A stretch of 54,845 nt of DNA from Girardia tigrina. Its lineage: Eukaryota. The notes below the pieces were generated by a model. That model was given only the letters and a program-made list of their open reading frames with translations. It was not told where the DNA came from and ran no database searches. The stretch spans positions 26,183 through 81,027 of the forward strand of contig MQRK01207426.1 in the NCBI GenBank assembly GCA_001938485.1, in the 5' to 3' direction. The position numbers and the translations under genes were made by a program. How positions within the stretch are numbered: the stretch's first letter is position 1; each line of letters starts with the position of its first letter. Below, one piece after another: positions 24,430 through 37,017 of the stretch.

Positions 24430-25510
24430 GTGATCAGCCCAAAACTCATTCCTTTAAAATAAAAAAATTCTTGACATGACGGTAATAATTTTTCATGTCT
24501 CTGTTTTCTTCTTTTGCCGCTACAGCTTCAATTTTTTCTTTCAAAGCGGCTTGTCTTTCTTGATGGTTCATCGACTACAGGCCTGAATAATTAGTCATCT
24601 TTGTCCTCATGTCCCTTGTTAATTTGGTAAAGAAGACCTCTATTGGATTGAGGAACGGAGAATAAAGGGGCAAATTTATTATTTGAAAATTAGAAGTAGT
24701 ATTGCCATGAATTCGGGTATTATCATGAATTAGATAATGTGGTGTCCCGGGAAAACTACTTGATAATTCACTGATATTATTATATTATCAGTGAATTATC
24801 AAGTAGTTTGCCCGGGACACCACATTATCTAATTCATGATAATACCCGAATTCATGGCAATACTACTTCTAATTTTCAAATAATAAAAGGCCTGATACTT
24901 CACGTGGTCAACACTGCCACTATAATTTGAAAAGCAATGGGCCATGCTTTCCGATTGCCATTATCGGCGACATGTTTTTGCCCCTGTTTGTTGGAATGAC
25001 TGTATAGGCCGGTAATCCTCTCTTCGATCGTCCGAATTTCCTAGTTGTCAATAAATTAAAGCCGATTTCATCAATGAAGATACATTGACTAATTCGCCAA
25101 CCTTTATCGAGAAATCGGCCGACATATTAAAATCGCAGCTCCTTGACTCGGTCAGAATTCTTTTCTTGAACGGAGCCCTTGATTTTCTTTAACGTAATTA
25201 ATTTTCCCATAAGCAATCTTGAAATTGTCGATTCAGATACATTGATTTCTTTGGTGCCCTACATTTATCTCTACATTTATGTTGACTGAGGATTTTCTTC
25301 AACATAATCCATGATAAATTAGCCTATTTCATCGTTAATTACTGGCTTCCTGTGCCCACCATACTTTCCTACTGAGATTCATATTTATATATTATATTTT
25401 TGGCTGCAGATTGGGAAATGTCCAACTGTCTTGCCAAATTGAAGAAATCCTCTGATCGATTATAGGCTCTAATTAACCTTTCTTTGTCAATCTTTGATAT
25501 CTTTCAATGA
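24430..25510 (-). mobile_element. Degenerate IS630/Tc1-type transposase
   Basis: GGHRKP, VSESTISR (HTH), CIFIDEIGFN, RGKNMS, IHDNTRIH, LPLYSPFLNPIE; TIRs not confidently found. Confidence 0.75.
24675..24887. repeat. ~100-bp near-perfect inverted duplication (hairpin)
   Basis: 24675-24776 is the reverse complement of 24786-24887 with one mismatch; ~10-nt loop. Confidence 0.95.
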
Positions 25511-25949
25511 AATCATTAATTATATTTAACATTTTCTAAAAATCACGTTTTTTGAGTCTTTTTTCGCGACAAGGCTCCGTGTTTTGAGTGTCGTCTGATA
25601 TACTGCTGAAATTTTTATATAAAAAATTATATTTATTAGTAATATACCTTCATGCATTGTCAGTTGCACTGCTAATGTTTGAAAATTCGTAATGATACAT
25701 ATTTTTTAAATTTTAAATTCTTACTCTTAAGTGCCGGTTTTATTCTTAAGTGATGATAAATCGGGTGTGTATCAGCCGTGTATCGGCCTGTGTATGTATG
25801 TATTGTATGTATGTATGGTGTATATTAGGGTAACAGATTTTTTTTCTATATTTAACACTCCTGTTAAGTGTAGATATCTATTTTTCTGCTTACAATTGTT
25901 TTATAATTTTTTATTGGCTATTTATTTTTAGATATTTTATTTTGATATT

Positions 25950-26918
25950 TTAACGATATTAGTTCATTAGTTGATAAACTAAAACTCTTTCGAAATAATG
26001 TTGGGATATTAGGTGAATTTATATAAAACAGAAACTAAAACAAAGAGTTATCTTTAAATAAAATTTATTTATTATATACAAGTTTCACAATCACGAAATG
26101 AGTTTAGGAACTTAACTTATTAAGAATTTAAAGATTAGATAAAAAGGGAGAAGAGATTCTTCTACCCCACTGATTTTAGAATGTATATAAAAATATATTA
26201 AGAAAAAATATATAATTATATTTAATTCGCACTTTTTGCTTTTCCCTTTTTCTTTCTTTTCAATTTTTGACCTGAGCTGCTTTTTATATGTTTTCCACAG
26301 AAAAATCAACAAGCACTTGACTTCTTCTTCTAATAGTCAAGTGCGAAATTCAGCTCTCTTTCCTTTTCTTAAAAATAAATCAGCTATCTCTTTCTAAACT
26401 TTCTTAAAAATAATTAAGGTTTCTTTTAATTAAAACTTTCTATTTAAATTATAACTCTTTCTTCTCAAGCTTTTTGTCGAATCTTCTCTTAAACCTTTCT
26501 TCTTTTTATACTGTCTTTTTTAATTTGATTTCTTTTTATTTATCTTTAAAAATAATTTGCTTATTTTATTGATATAAACATCTCTTAAACTAATTTTATT
26601 TATTTACTTTTTTACTTATTTTAATTCGTTTATTTATATATATTTTATATTTAATATAATAAAAAGGTATATAATTTTTATTATACCCATTTAATTAAAA
26701 CAAATATTAATTTTAAATATTTATATTTTATATACTCAACAATAACACAACAAAAATAATTTTTTATATCACATTAGACAAAAAATTTTATTTAAAAATT
26801 TTTCAGCATAGGGAATTGTTATAAGTGGAGGATTATTCTCGAGAAAAAATTTGATCAGAAAAAATAGCTGTATTGGGGGATTATTATAAGATAGAAGATT
26901 ATTAGAAGTTTTCGAGTA
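25950..26918 (-). mobile_element. Possible pogo/Tigger-like remnant
   Basis: End ..cgag-TA with repeated gattatt subterminal motifs at 26820-26916; Lys/Glu-rich decayed frame; no partner TIR. Confidence 0.25.
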
Positions 26919-26939
26919 TATTTGGAACATTGATAAGAA

Positions 26940-29204
26940 AATACGTTTAAGGTTCAGTCGATGGGAGACATGAGACCCATAGAATATCTCACCAAGATGA
27001 CCTCCGAGCTACACGCGCTCAATCCGCCGCTGGTCAGTGATGATTGCGATCAGCGGGTGTTGCGGAAGCTCTTCCTCCAAGCACTTCCAGACACACAGCG
27101 GGCAATACTGACCGGCTCTGACAATCTGCCACTTGGTGGGCTTGCCAGAATTACTGATAAGATCACCGACAACCTCGGACACAAAAGGGGAGAATACTAC
27201 CAGATTATGTCTAATGTCATTGATGACCATCGAATACCAAGTTCGAGAACACAGAAGAATCTACATGATGCGGAGTTAACACTTCTATCCAAACAGATAG
27301 CTGCTCTGCTGTGAAGCTTAGCCGCCATCAACGGGACATGTGCGGATTCACTAGATGGAACGATATCATGTAACAATTGAACAATCCACAGACCTCAAGT
27401 ATTTTCAGACAGGACCACATACCCCCAAATCAAGAGGACACCTCGGCACTGCTTCCACCGTCTGCTTCACCTGAAAGGAACATCATACTGTGCGTCTTCC
27501 ATCGAAGATTCTGCAAGAAAGCCAAGAAATGTCAGCCTGGATGCACCTATTCCTGCGACAGAACTGACATGCAAATGACAAACGTGTGAATTTGGTACAT
27601 TCAGGACGGGGATGATGCCAAGGAATGCACCAGAGGATGCGTTCACCATCAGAAAATAACTAGGGCCACACCTCATCCGAGCAGCAGGTGAGGCAGATGA
27701 CAAAAACCGTTCAACACTCATGAACCACACAAACACAACAGTAACTACGATATTCACCACGTCTACAAATCATACACACACAAACATAACCACGACATTC
27801 ACCACTTCCACAAACTACACGCACACTGCAAGAAAAATGACGTTGAACACATCAACAAGCCACACATACACAACAACAATGACGACACTGACCACGTTTA
27901 CAAATTGCATACATACAAAGACAACTACGAAATTCACCATGACCATAAAACTACACTGCAACAACAACGACAGTCACCACAAGCAAGACTCCAATATACA
28001 GCTCGAAAGTTACAACACGCACCACACCAAGAATGACAATGTCAACAACAACAACCAATACGACGGCGATCACGTTATCATCAATTCACACCAGCTGACC
28101 GACGCCACCGACGACCACACCAAAGTTGGCAACAGCAATCACGATAATCAAGACGATAATCATAACAATCTCGAATAAAACAACAATCACAAACCAAGTG
28201 ACAATGAAAAACAAGCCAACCACAACGAGAATTCAACCCCAAACATCAGAATTGTCAAAAGAAGCATCATCGAGCACTGACAGTCTTGGAGATCAGTCAT
28301 ACAGCAGCAACAAGCGACAAAACCCAGAAAAGAAACACAATACTGAAGAAACAAAATCGGGAATCCACTACAGCAGTAAACCACGTTCCCATACCAATAA
28401 CACGAGAACCACCTCCTTTGATACGCAAACTACCACCGCCGCGAGAATGCCATTCTAAAGAAGGATCACCCGACCGGAACGTTTCTGCGACAGCACCAAG
28501 TAATGCGGAACGACCTCACCCCTCAACACAATAACATCACACACAAACCACACACCAACACAACAACACATCACTCAACATACATTCAACACCATCACTA
28601 CTTCACACAACACACACCTCACACGCAAATTACACACCATCACCATAAGCAATTCAATATCACGCGCTCACAACACAGCAACACACTGCATTTCGATAAA
28701 TAACTCGTAATAGACTGCAACAGAACTACTTCCTCCATGTTCTGCATTCTTCGGCGGGGACTCATGTGGTGCTCGAATATTAAACAAAAAATTACATTTT
28801 TGTTTTAATTAAATTTGATAAATTTAATAAATGTCTTCACTTTATTCTCGTTTTAATTTTGAACGGATTTTTCAATTGATTTTAAAGTTATAATGAATAA
28901 CTATTCGAACCGCACTGTGTGAAACCTGTGTCAATCGGTTGGATCACATGCACCATCGCCTCATACGATTTGGCGACGCATGGCGAATTCCCACAACCTC
29001 ACCGACCACGCACTCGGGCCGCGTGTCGACGAACAGAGCGATATCGGCGTTTACAGAGACAGGAACGCGGTCCGGGAAGCCGTGGCGAGTCGGACCGATG
29101 ACTGTCGTTCGTCGGAGCACCAACCGGTGCCAGTCAGATCCGATACTTCCCGCACGAGAAACGGGTGCTTGCCTTCATATCCCGATCCGGAGGCCGGCAC
29201 CATA
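26940..29204 (+). mobile_element. CsRn1-clade Gypsy derivative: gag, low-complexity region, integrase tail, PPT and 3' LTR (28765-29204); no pol
   Basis: GDMRP..LRKLFLQALP..RAIL gag; CHCC box C-x2-H-x9-C-x3-C (CVFHRRFCKKAKKCQPGC); RRITRPERFCD tail; ggcgggga PPT; LTR ends tgtggtgc..gcaccata. Confidence 0.75.
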
Positions 29205-29336
29205 GATGGTTTTATTGTTTAATGTTTATATGAATGTAATAAATGGCGATATTATTGATAAAATTCTAAAATTTTGTTTATTAAATGAATAAAGATTATT
29301 AAATATGGTAATTATATATGTTTGTTTATCTTTTAT

Positions 29337-30107
29337 GGGTCAATCCATTGAAAATGGACAGATAATTTTGATGAAAGTTGCTGACCTTCTCGAAAATGCA
29401 TGAAACTAAAATATATGTTAGATGTCCTTGTGAAACCGTGAAATATCGAGTTTTATTGTTCTAGTTACCTGATTAAAAGTGATCGATTTGAAATGTTGTC
29501 GCATGCCTTGTACATCCATCATATGCTGTAATTAAGAGACTATAAAGAAATTCTCTCTTACTTCTAATGACCGAGTTATTCCAGCAAATAATTTATCTGT
29601 TTTTCTAAATACCTGGATTTCGTCCATCTTTGAGAGGTTGCAGAAACATTCTCTATGAATGAAATTACTTGTTATTTTTTCTGGTTTAATTTTAAGTAGC
29701 CTATATCTAGTATTTAAAAGATAAACACCCGTTTTTGAGTCTAAGATGTTTAAATTCGATTTAAAGTTCCTACTTCAAAAGCACATTAACTATTGCAAAA
29801 CGATTTTAGTCAAGTTGACAACGTTGTAACCTTTTTTTCTCTATTCACCTGAGAGCCTTATATTTTGCAATGCTTACCATCACGTTAGGAATATTCATAA
29901 AATAATAGCTTATTAAACTCATAAGAAAAAAGAAAATTTTTAAGCGATGCTGACAATCATATTTTATTATATGTGGAATGAAACCAAGATTTGGATTTCT
30001 ATGATTTATGGAGTAAGCTATTATAACATATATTTTAGTTTCATGCATTTTCGAGAAGGTCAGCAACTTTCATCAAAACTATCCGTCGATTTTCAATGGA
30101 ATGACCC
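29337..30107. mobile_element. Non-autonomous DNA transposon, Sola2-like (771 bp)
   Basis: ~85-bp TIRs starting GGGTCA(A/T)TCC; 4-bp TSD ttat supported by the empty paralogous site near 18460. Family assignment rests on the GRG terminus plus 4-bp TSD. Confidence 0.75.
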
Positions 30108-30458
30108 TTATAATAATAAGTTCGAGAAAAGAATAAAATAATATAGAAAAAGATTATTTTTATTGAATATTATTGATACATTATTTAAATTTTATTAAGA
30201 ATTTCCCATAAAAATTTATTGATTCTAACAAAAAATATTTTCCATTCGAAATATAATAATGTTGACAATATATATTATTATACAAAATAACCATATGACC
30301 TAATAATAGTAATGAATCAAAGTCAATTTTACGATATTTTCGTATAGATATACAGAAACAGGATGGCGTGTATATAATTGTATATCACCGTATATGGAAA
30401 TATATAAGATCGAATCAGATCTTTATAAAATTATTTATTAATAGCCTAATTAATTAAA

Positions 30459-31016
30459 ATGTCGTTGGTGAGACAGAATTTTCATGAAGAAAGTGAGAAG
30501 GGTATTAATGACCAAATAACAAGAGAACTTCACGCCAGCTATGTTTATCAGGCAATGAGTTTCTTTTTCAATAGAGACGATGTTGCTCTTCCTGGATTCA
30601 GTAAATTTTTTAAACATCAATCCGACGAAGAACGAGGTCATGCTGAAAAACTGATGAGTTATCAAAATAAACGAGGAGGTCGACTTGTTTTCCATGACAT
30701 TCCAAAACCCAAATCGACTGAATGGACAGCAGAATCAGCTTTCGTAGATGCTTTAGCTTTGGAAAAAGAAGTCAACCAAGTAGATATAAGTTACAAATAA
30801 GACTTCATTAATAATTGTTATTTTCAGGCTCTATTAGACCTACACAAAATTGCAGATTCTCACAATGATCCACAAATGATGGACTTCATCGAAGGAGAAT
30901 TTTTGGAAGAACAAGTGGAATCTATTAAAGAGATTAGCGACCATTTGACAAATATTCGACGAAATGGACCTGGAACAGGAATTTACTTATTCGACAGATT
31001 AACGCTGAAAGAATAA
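30459..31016 (+). CDS. FTH1: Ferritin, cytosolic H-type, copy 2, 169 aa; exons 30459-30779 and 30828-31016
   Basis: Same structure and identical intron as copy 1; differs by H31Q, S35F, K130G and Y132F. Confidence 0.95.
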
Positions 31017-31434
31017 CTTACACCAATTCGTCATATTTTATAAAAGAATCTTCAACATTGAAATATTTATGTTCATTTTAATTGCTATATGAAATAAAAT
31101 TTATTTATAATATCGTTTTAAAATTGTCTCCTATCATTTGTAAAGTTTGACCGTATTACTATTATGAAAAGTATCAATATAAATTGTTATGAAAATCAAA
31201 ATACAGTGAATTTGCTTAAGCATTTCATAATTTAAAACTAATAATATTGCGAATATTTAAAATGAAAAAAATGATTTAATTATTTATCAATAAAATAAAT
31301 ATTTGATAATAAAATTATCAGATGTATAATAACATCAAAATATTTGATACCTCGATTTTACGTAAACTTTAAGTTATTAGACCCTTAAGTTTTGTATTTT
31401 TTAAACATTATTTAATTTTATAAATTTCAATAAT

Positions 31435-34400
31435 CTACCTGAAACACGTATTTGACCACCGCCTATCACCCACAAACCAATGGTCTGATAGAATGGTTTC
31501 ATTGTACTTTGAAAAATTCGTCCAGGACACTAGAAAATTCACACAATTTGGCTAAACAGTGACCACTCATCTTTTTAGGCTGAAAGAGCATTCCTCACAG
31601 CAGACATGATATTTAGCCTGCCCAGTTGCTCTTCAATCAAAGAACTTGCTTAACAACGAATTATTTTTCAATGAGGAACCAAAAAACGATGATACGCTCG
31701 ATGTGGAAGGTGACCACTTTTTGCAAGCAGATAGAACTCTGGACATCACGTCTTCGTCCTGATTGAACTAGCGAATGCAAAGTTTGTCAGGCTCAGAAAG
31801 GAAACAGTGATCTTGTTGTATAGAGTTAATTAATTTATTTTTAGACAATTGTTCAGTGTTTTAATTGACGAACAAAGCACGTGATTTAAAAAGTGAAAAG
31901 TTGGAGAAAGTGACGAGCAACTGAACGGGATGATTTGGCAGAACAGTATTCGTAATAAATTGTATCGTGATTCGTTTTGTATTCCGCCTTGTCGTCACTA
32001 TAAGCTATCCGAGCATGTCCAACGTAAAAGTAATTCTCGACTGTCTCGAGAAGTTCGATGAGCATCATGGGAACTATGGAGGAAACAATTCGTTCTGCTG
32101 ACATCGATGCTACAGATTAAGGACACTGCCATGCTATTCCCGTTTTTGTTGAGCGGACCGGCCCTTAGCGTTTATATGGAGATGCCGGAGAAGCAGCAGA
32201 CGAACATTGAGGAAGTGTTTCGTGTGATGAGTTTGGCGTTTGGCGTACGACCGCGGGAGGCGTATCGCAGATTACAGAATATTAAATATTCAGATTATCA
32301 CACCATCGACGAGTATGCCGCGGAAGTGTCGAAGTTGGCGAAGACGGTGAAGAGCCTAGAGATTGCCAAATTTGTAGCCGGATTGACATTAGAGATTGCG
32401 TTGGAAATTGAGAGATGAGGGATTCAAGAATGGCACAAAATCGTGAAAGTAAGTCGAACATATCTGAGTATCATGCAGAGCACATGTAATACGTCGATGG
32501 CAAGTTTAAATGATTAGGAGAGATCCAATCGTTTGAAAGGAGCAGATGGCGGCAGCGTCCGCGACGACCACCGTTTTAAGAAGTCAGGCGAGTGCGTTGA
32601 TACGGGTGGTCGAAATGCGGACGAGGGTTGCTCTAAAAATTTTTCCCAAAGGAGTAACATGATATGTTTCAAATTTCATTGAAAAGGACATATTGCGAGA
32701 TTTTGCAGAGCGTGAAACGCGAGCGAGGGATCGTCGGCGCCAACGGCTTTTCGGGGGGATTAAAGGCGCTTCCGGTGATTCGATGCGTGGTGAACGGGAA
32801 AAGCTGCAGAGCGTTAGTGGATACCGGATGCTCTTGTTCGGTTGTGAAAAGATGTCTTGTGGATGAAGAATCGATACTGCAGCAGCAGGAAAAAGTCACG
32901 TTAGCCAACGGATTTCGGGTGCCAATAGGCACGTGTGCCGTTATTTTTGACGTGGAGGATAAAAAAGTAACTTTAAATTGTACAGTTATGAACAGGTTAC
33001 CCGAAAATTTTGATGTGTTATTGGGTGTTGACATGATCGAAAAATTAGGGGTGGTGACGCTCAATAACGGCCGCGTGAAATTTGGGGTGTCTGAAGTTTT
33101 TGTATGTCTGGTGAGAGAGGTGGTTCATCAGAGGCAGTTATCACCGAAAGCGGTGGCATGAATAAGTATAATTTCAATATTCGATTCGATAAAGTGTGGA
33201 TTATTTCCTGGAGTTGGAAATCGGATGCGCCTGAGTACTTGCCGAGGAGAAATACAGTTTTGAAGGAGTCAAAGTCGAAATACAAATCAGCGATGGATAT
33301 TCTGATCAAGTGGATAGAGAAGGAGTATTTAGTCGAATATGATGATGAGAAGATGGGCGCCAGACAGTGGGATCGATTCCTATCTATGGCATAGCCCAGT
33401 TGAATAAAGAGAAAATAAGACCCGTGTTCGACTTTAGAGAAGTGAACAAGAACATCGATGTTTACAGTGGGTGTTCCGATACTTGTGTGGAAAAACTTCG
33501 GGAGTGGAGAAGGACGAGCAATAAATTCGCAATTCTGGATCTATCCGATGCTTACATGCAAATCCGCGTAGATCAAGCAATGTGGAGGTTTTAGTCGTGT
33601 ACGATCAACGGAAAAAAGTTCACGTTGACGCGTATGAGATTCGGTTTGAATATCGTTCCTACAATTATGGCGGAAATTGTTAGAAAGGTGTTGTCTGTTG
33701 ACCAAAGGATTAACGTCGCCACGGGTTCCTATGTCGATGATATTTTTGTCAATGAAACGATAGTTAGTGCTGAGGAAGTAAAGCATCTGTTCAGGAGTTT
33801 TGGGTTAGAGTGCAAACAACCTGAACGTGTTAATCGTGACACAAAAGTGAGAGTGCTTGGATTGGAAGTCAACAACATCAACGAGAGCATGGTAGGGAAC
33901 CGAGCGAATCGGATTCGTGTCGAAGATTTATCTGAACCGATGTCGCTGCGAGAGTTTTATTCTCTATGTGGACAACTTACTGGCATCTATCCCGTTGCGT
34001 CGTGGTTACGATTGGCATGTTCTCATCTCAAACGAGCATCGGAGGGTGATTGGGACTCACAAGTGAACATTTCGGTGATGGAGAAGGTGAATTGGATCTT
34101 GGAAAGAGTTGCAGAAAATGACCCTTGTCGAGGCACGTGGAGCATTGGAGAATGCAAAACGTGTACTCTGTGGTTCGATGCTAGTTTAATCGCGTTGGGG
34201 GTTTTGCTGGAAGTTAATGATAAAATCATCGAGGATGGATCTTGGTTAAGGAAAAAGGACGATTCACGGCACATCAATATTGTGGAGTTGGAAGTGGTTG
34301 TTAGGGGTTGAATTTATTCGTGAAATGGTGTATGACGGACATAACAGTGAAGTGTGATAACAAATCTGTGGTTGCCTGGGTGAATGACGTGTTAACAAGT

Positions 34401-36340
34401 AAGTCTCGACTAAACACGAGTGCTTTTTCAGAATCGCTCATCATACGGCGGTTATCTATTATTAAAGAAATCTGTGACGACTTTAATTTAACCATTAGAA
34501 TAGAGTTTGTGCCAAGTAAGCTGAATAAAGCAGATGAACTGACGAGAATTCCGAAGGAGCTGACTAAAAGTGTATGCGGTGCCGCTTTTGTGAGTTAAAT
34601 TGAAATACTGAACGATCTTCATTTGAAGTGCCACTTGGGAGCAAAAAGAATGAAGTTCCTTTGCCAAATTGAAAATATTAATGTCACAGATAAAGATATT
34701 TCGAACATGATTGTGAAGTGCCAGAAATGCCAGTCAACTGATACGCACCGCTTAGATGGGATCACGGTGGTTTATCTGTTAGGGAGACCTGGCAAAGATT
34801 AGCAAAAGATGTCACCAAATTCAATGGAGATAAGTATTTAAGCTTCATCGATTGCGGACCATCCAGGTTTGCGATATGGAAAGAAATTCTGGATGAAAGT
34901 TCGCTTTCTATCACCGCGGCAGTAAGTTCTGTGTTTTTGGAGCGCGGAGCGCCCAGAGAACTGATTGTGGATAATTATACGACTTTTTATTCAAACGATT
35001 TTATAGAACTTTGCAACGGTTGGAGAGTCGAGGTAATTTATCGTGCAATCAACCGGCCAAGCGGGAACGGAGTCGTGGAAAGAAGTCATCGCACGATTAA
35101 ACGAATTGCTGCGAGATCGAATATCACAATAAGAGAAGCAGTTTGGTGGTACAACAATACTCCGTCGAGTGGTAAGGAACCGTCGAGTTGGATGATTTAT
35201 AATTATTGATGTATGAAACCGGTTTGTGGCGAAAGTGACAATAAGTTCGAGGTGAGGAAGAAAGGTGCGAAGTACTGTGATCATCAGTTAGTTTGGGTGA
35301 AACCAATGGGTAGTACAAGTTGCACGCAGCAATGGTTAAAAGGCCAGATTTTGAAAGAACTTTCGAACTGTAAATATTTAGTGGAAGGCGATGGATCGAA
35401 TTTCCCTCGGCATGTCGGTGATTTACGGCCGAGAAGAGTTGAACCGGAGAACGTTAATGACAAATCTGTATCTTGGGAAGAGAAATTCGAAGTTGATGAT
35501 TCAAAGAGTATTGACATGAAACGCCTGCGGAGAAGACCCAAATATTTAGAGGATTACGTGGTCGATGAAGATTCGTGTTCTGACGAATCTGGTGGGGATT
35601 TTGTATAGAGTTAATTAATTTATTTTTAGATAATTGTTCAGTGTTTTAATTGATGAACAAAGCGCGCGATTTAAAAAGATAAAAGTTGAAGAAAGTTTGA
35701 AGAGCAACTGATTTGACAGAACAGTGTGCGTAATAAATTGTATCGTGATTCGTTTTGTATTCCGTCTTGTCGTCACTACAGAACTCTCTTGAAAGTCACT
35801 ACACGTGGTCACATAGGGTTCTAAACATCACATTTGACAACAACACAGCAAAATCATGGCTCACGCAAGGAGGTTACTGTGAATTTCTACAAGTTCAAGC
35901 CTTGTTGCATTTGGAAAACCTCACCCAAGACGAAATCAAGCGACAGCCGGATGATAACAAGTCCGACGAAAAGAAAGTTCAACTGCCCACCGAAGAAGAC
36001 AAGGCTTCAACAGCAAGCCGCCCAGCAGTTACCAGCATCATAAGGACTCAATCTCAAAGAAGGATCATCCGCCCAATGAACTTTTGTGACAATACCGACA
36101 ACACACAATAACGTACATCGTCTGAGAAACAGCTACAACACATGCTCACAAAACAATAGCACACACTCTCAGAAGAACAACAATAACACGTAACACAACA
36201 GACAACACATTACCAAAAGACATAATACAATTGGGTTTCATCAGATACATCATCCATCACATCTCTCCAAACCTCAAATCTCAGCCATACTGACACAATT
36301 CTGCCATGCTCAGAATTCTTCGGCGAGGCTGGGGTGGTGC
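31435..36340 (+). mobile_element. CsRn1-like integrase remnant (31435-31816 and 35781-36340) split by a nested LTR element
   Basis: TTAYHPQTNGLIE; ELANAKFVRLRKETV | NSLESHYTWSHRV reads across the insertion; RTQSQRRIIRP tail; CA-rich 3' region and PPT/LTR start similar to 28735-28773. Confidence 0.75.
31817..35780 (+). mobile_element. Full-length but degenerate compact Gypsy-type LTR retrotransposon (3964 bp)
   Basis: LTRs 31817-32002 and 35602-35780 (~92% by eye); gag from 32015 with CFKFH*KGHIARFC; PR LVDTG; RT LDLSDAY, YVDD; RH WFDAS..HINIVELE; IN DNYTTF, GNGVVER; PPT ggtgggga; no TSD seen. Confidence 0.92.
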
Positions 36341-37017
36341 TATTGATAATTTGACATAAAATTATTGTAAAAAATTGAAATATGTAAATTTAAAGTGAAT
36401 GTAAAAGAAAAATATTAAATTTAAAATTATTATATTGGTGTCAAAAAGGCTTTATGTATTAAGTTTTTTTAAAATGAACTTTAAAAAAGCGTACTATTTG
36501 AATTATGTCTTGCATCATTGCAATAGTGTCATTTTCGGTTAAATTGAAATTGATAAACATATTACGAAAATAAAGGACTTAGTCACAGCAACTACTGGAT
36601 TAGAAAATAATTTCCACGATTCAGAATTATCGGTTACATTGTCAGGGACTGGATACCGGAGATCATACTAGTGTTAGAAAACTCTTTGGTCGATTGAGAG
36701 TGTAGCAACCGAAATAATTATGGGAATTGTCACATCACTGGGGTGGCCCATTGAGGGTAAAACGCCCTGGGGAACAGAGTGACTCCAACGTCCAATCGGT
36801 TTCTCGGTCGATAGGACCAGCAAAAGTTGAGTGGCTCGGAGTAGAACTGATCCACACCCATATTAAAATAACTTCATAAATAAGTTACATAAAAAGTAAA
36901 TAACTAATATAATTGGTGACAATGGAAAAACATTTCTATAACATGTACAATAATCTATTTCTTAAAAAAAAGCTTTAACAAAATTATTTCAAAAAATATT
37001 AAATTAGCGTTCATTAG

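Noticed and set aside
26313-26344. 10-bp stem-loop gcacttgact..agtcaagtgc
   Set aside because: Isolated, within probable TE debris, compatible with chance.
30402-30427. Hairpin upstream of ferritin 2 as an IRE
   Set aside because: Loop is not CAGUGN, there is no bulged C, and it overlaps the probable TATA region.
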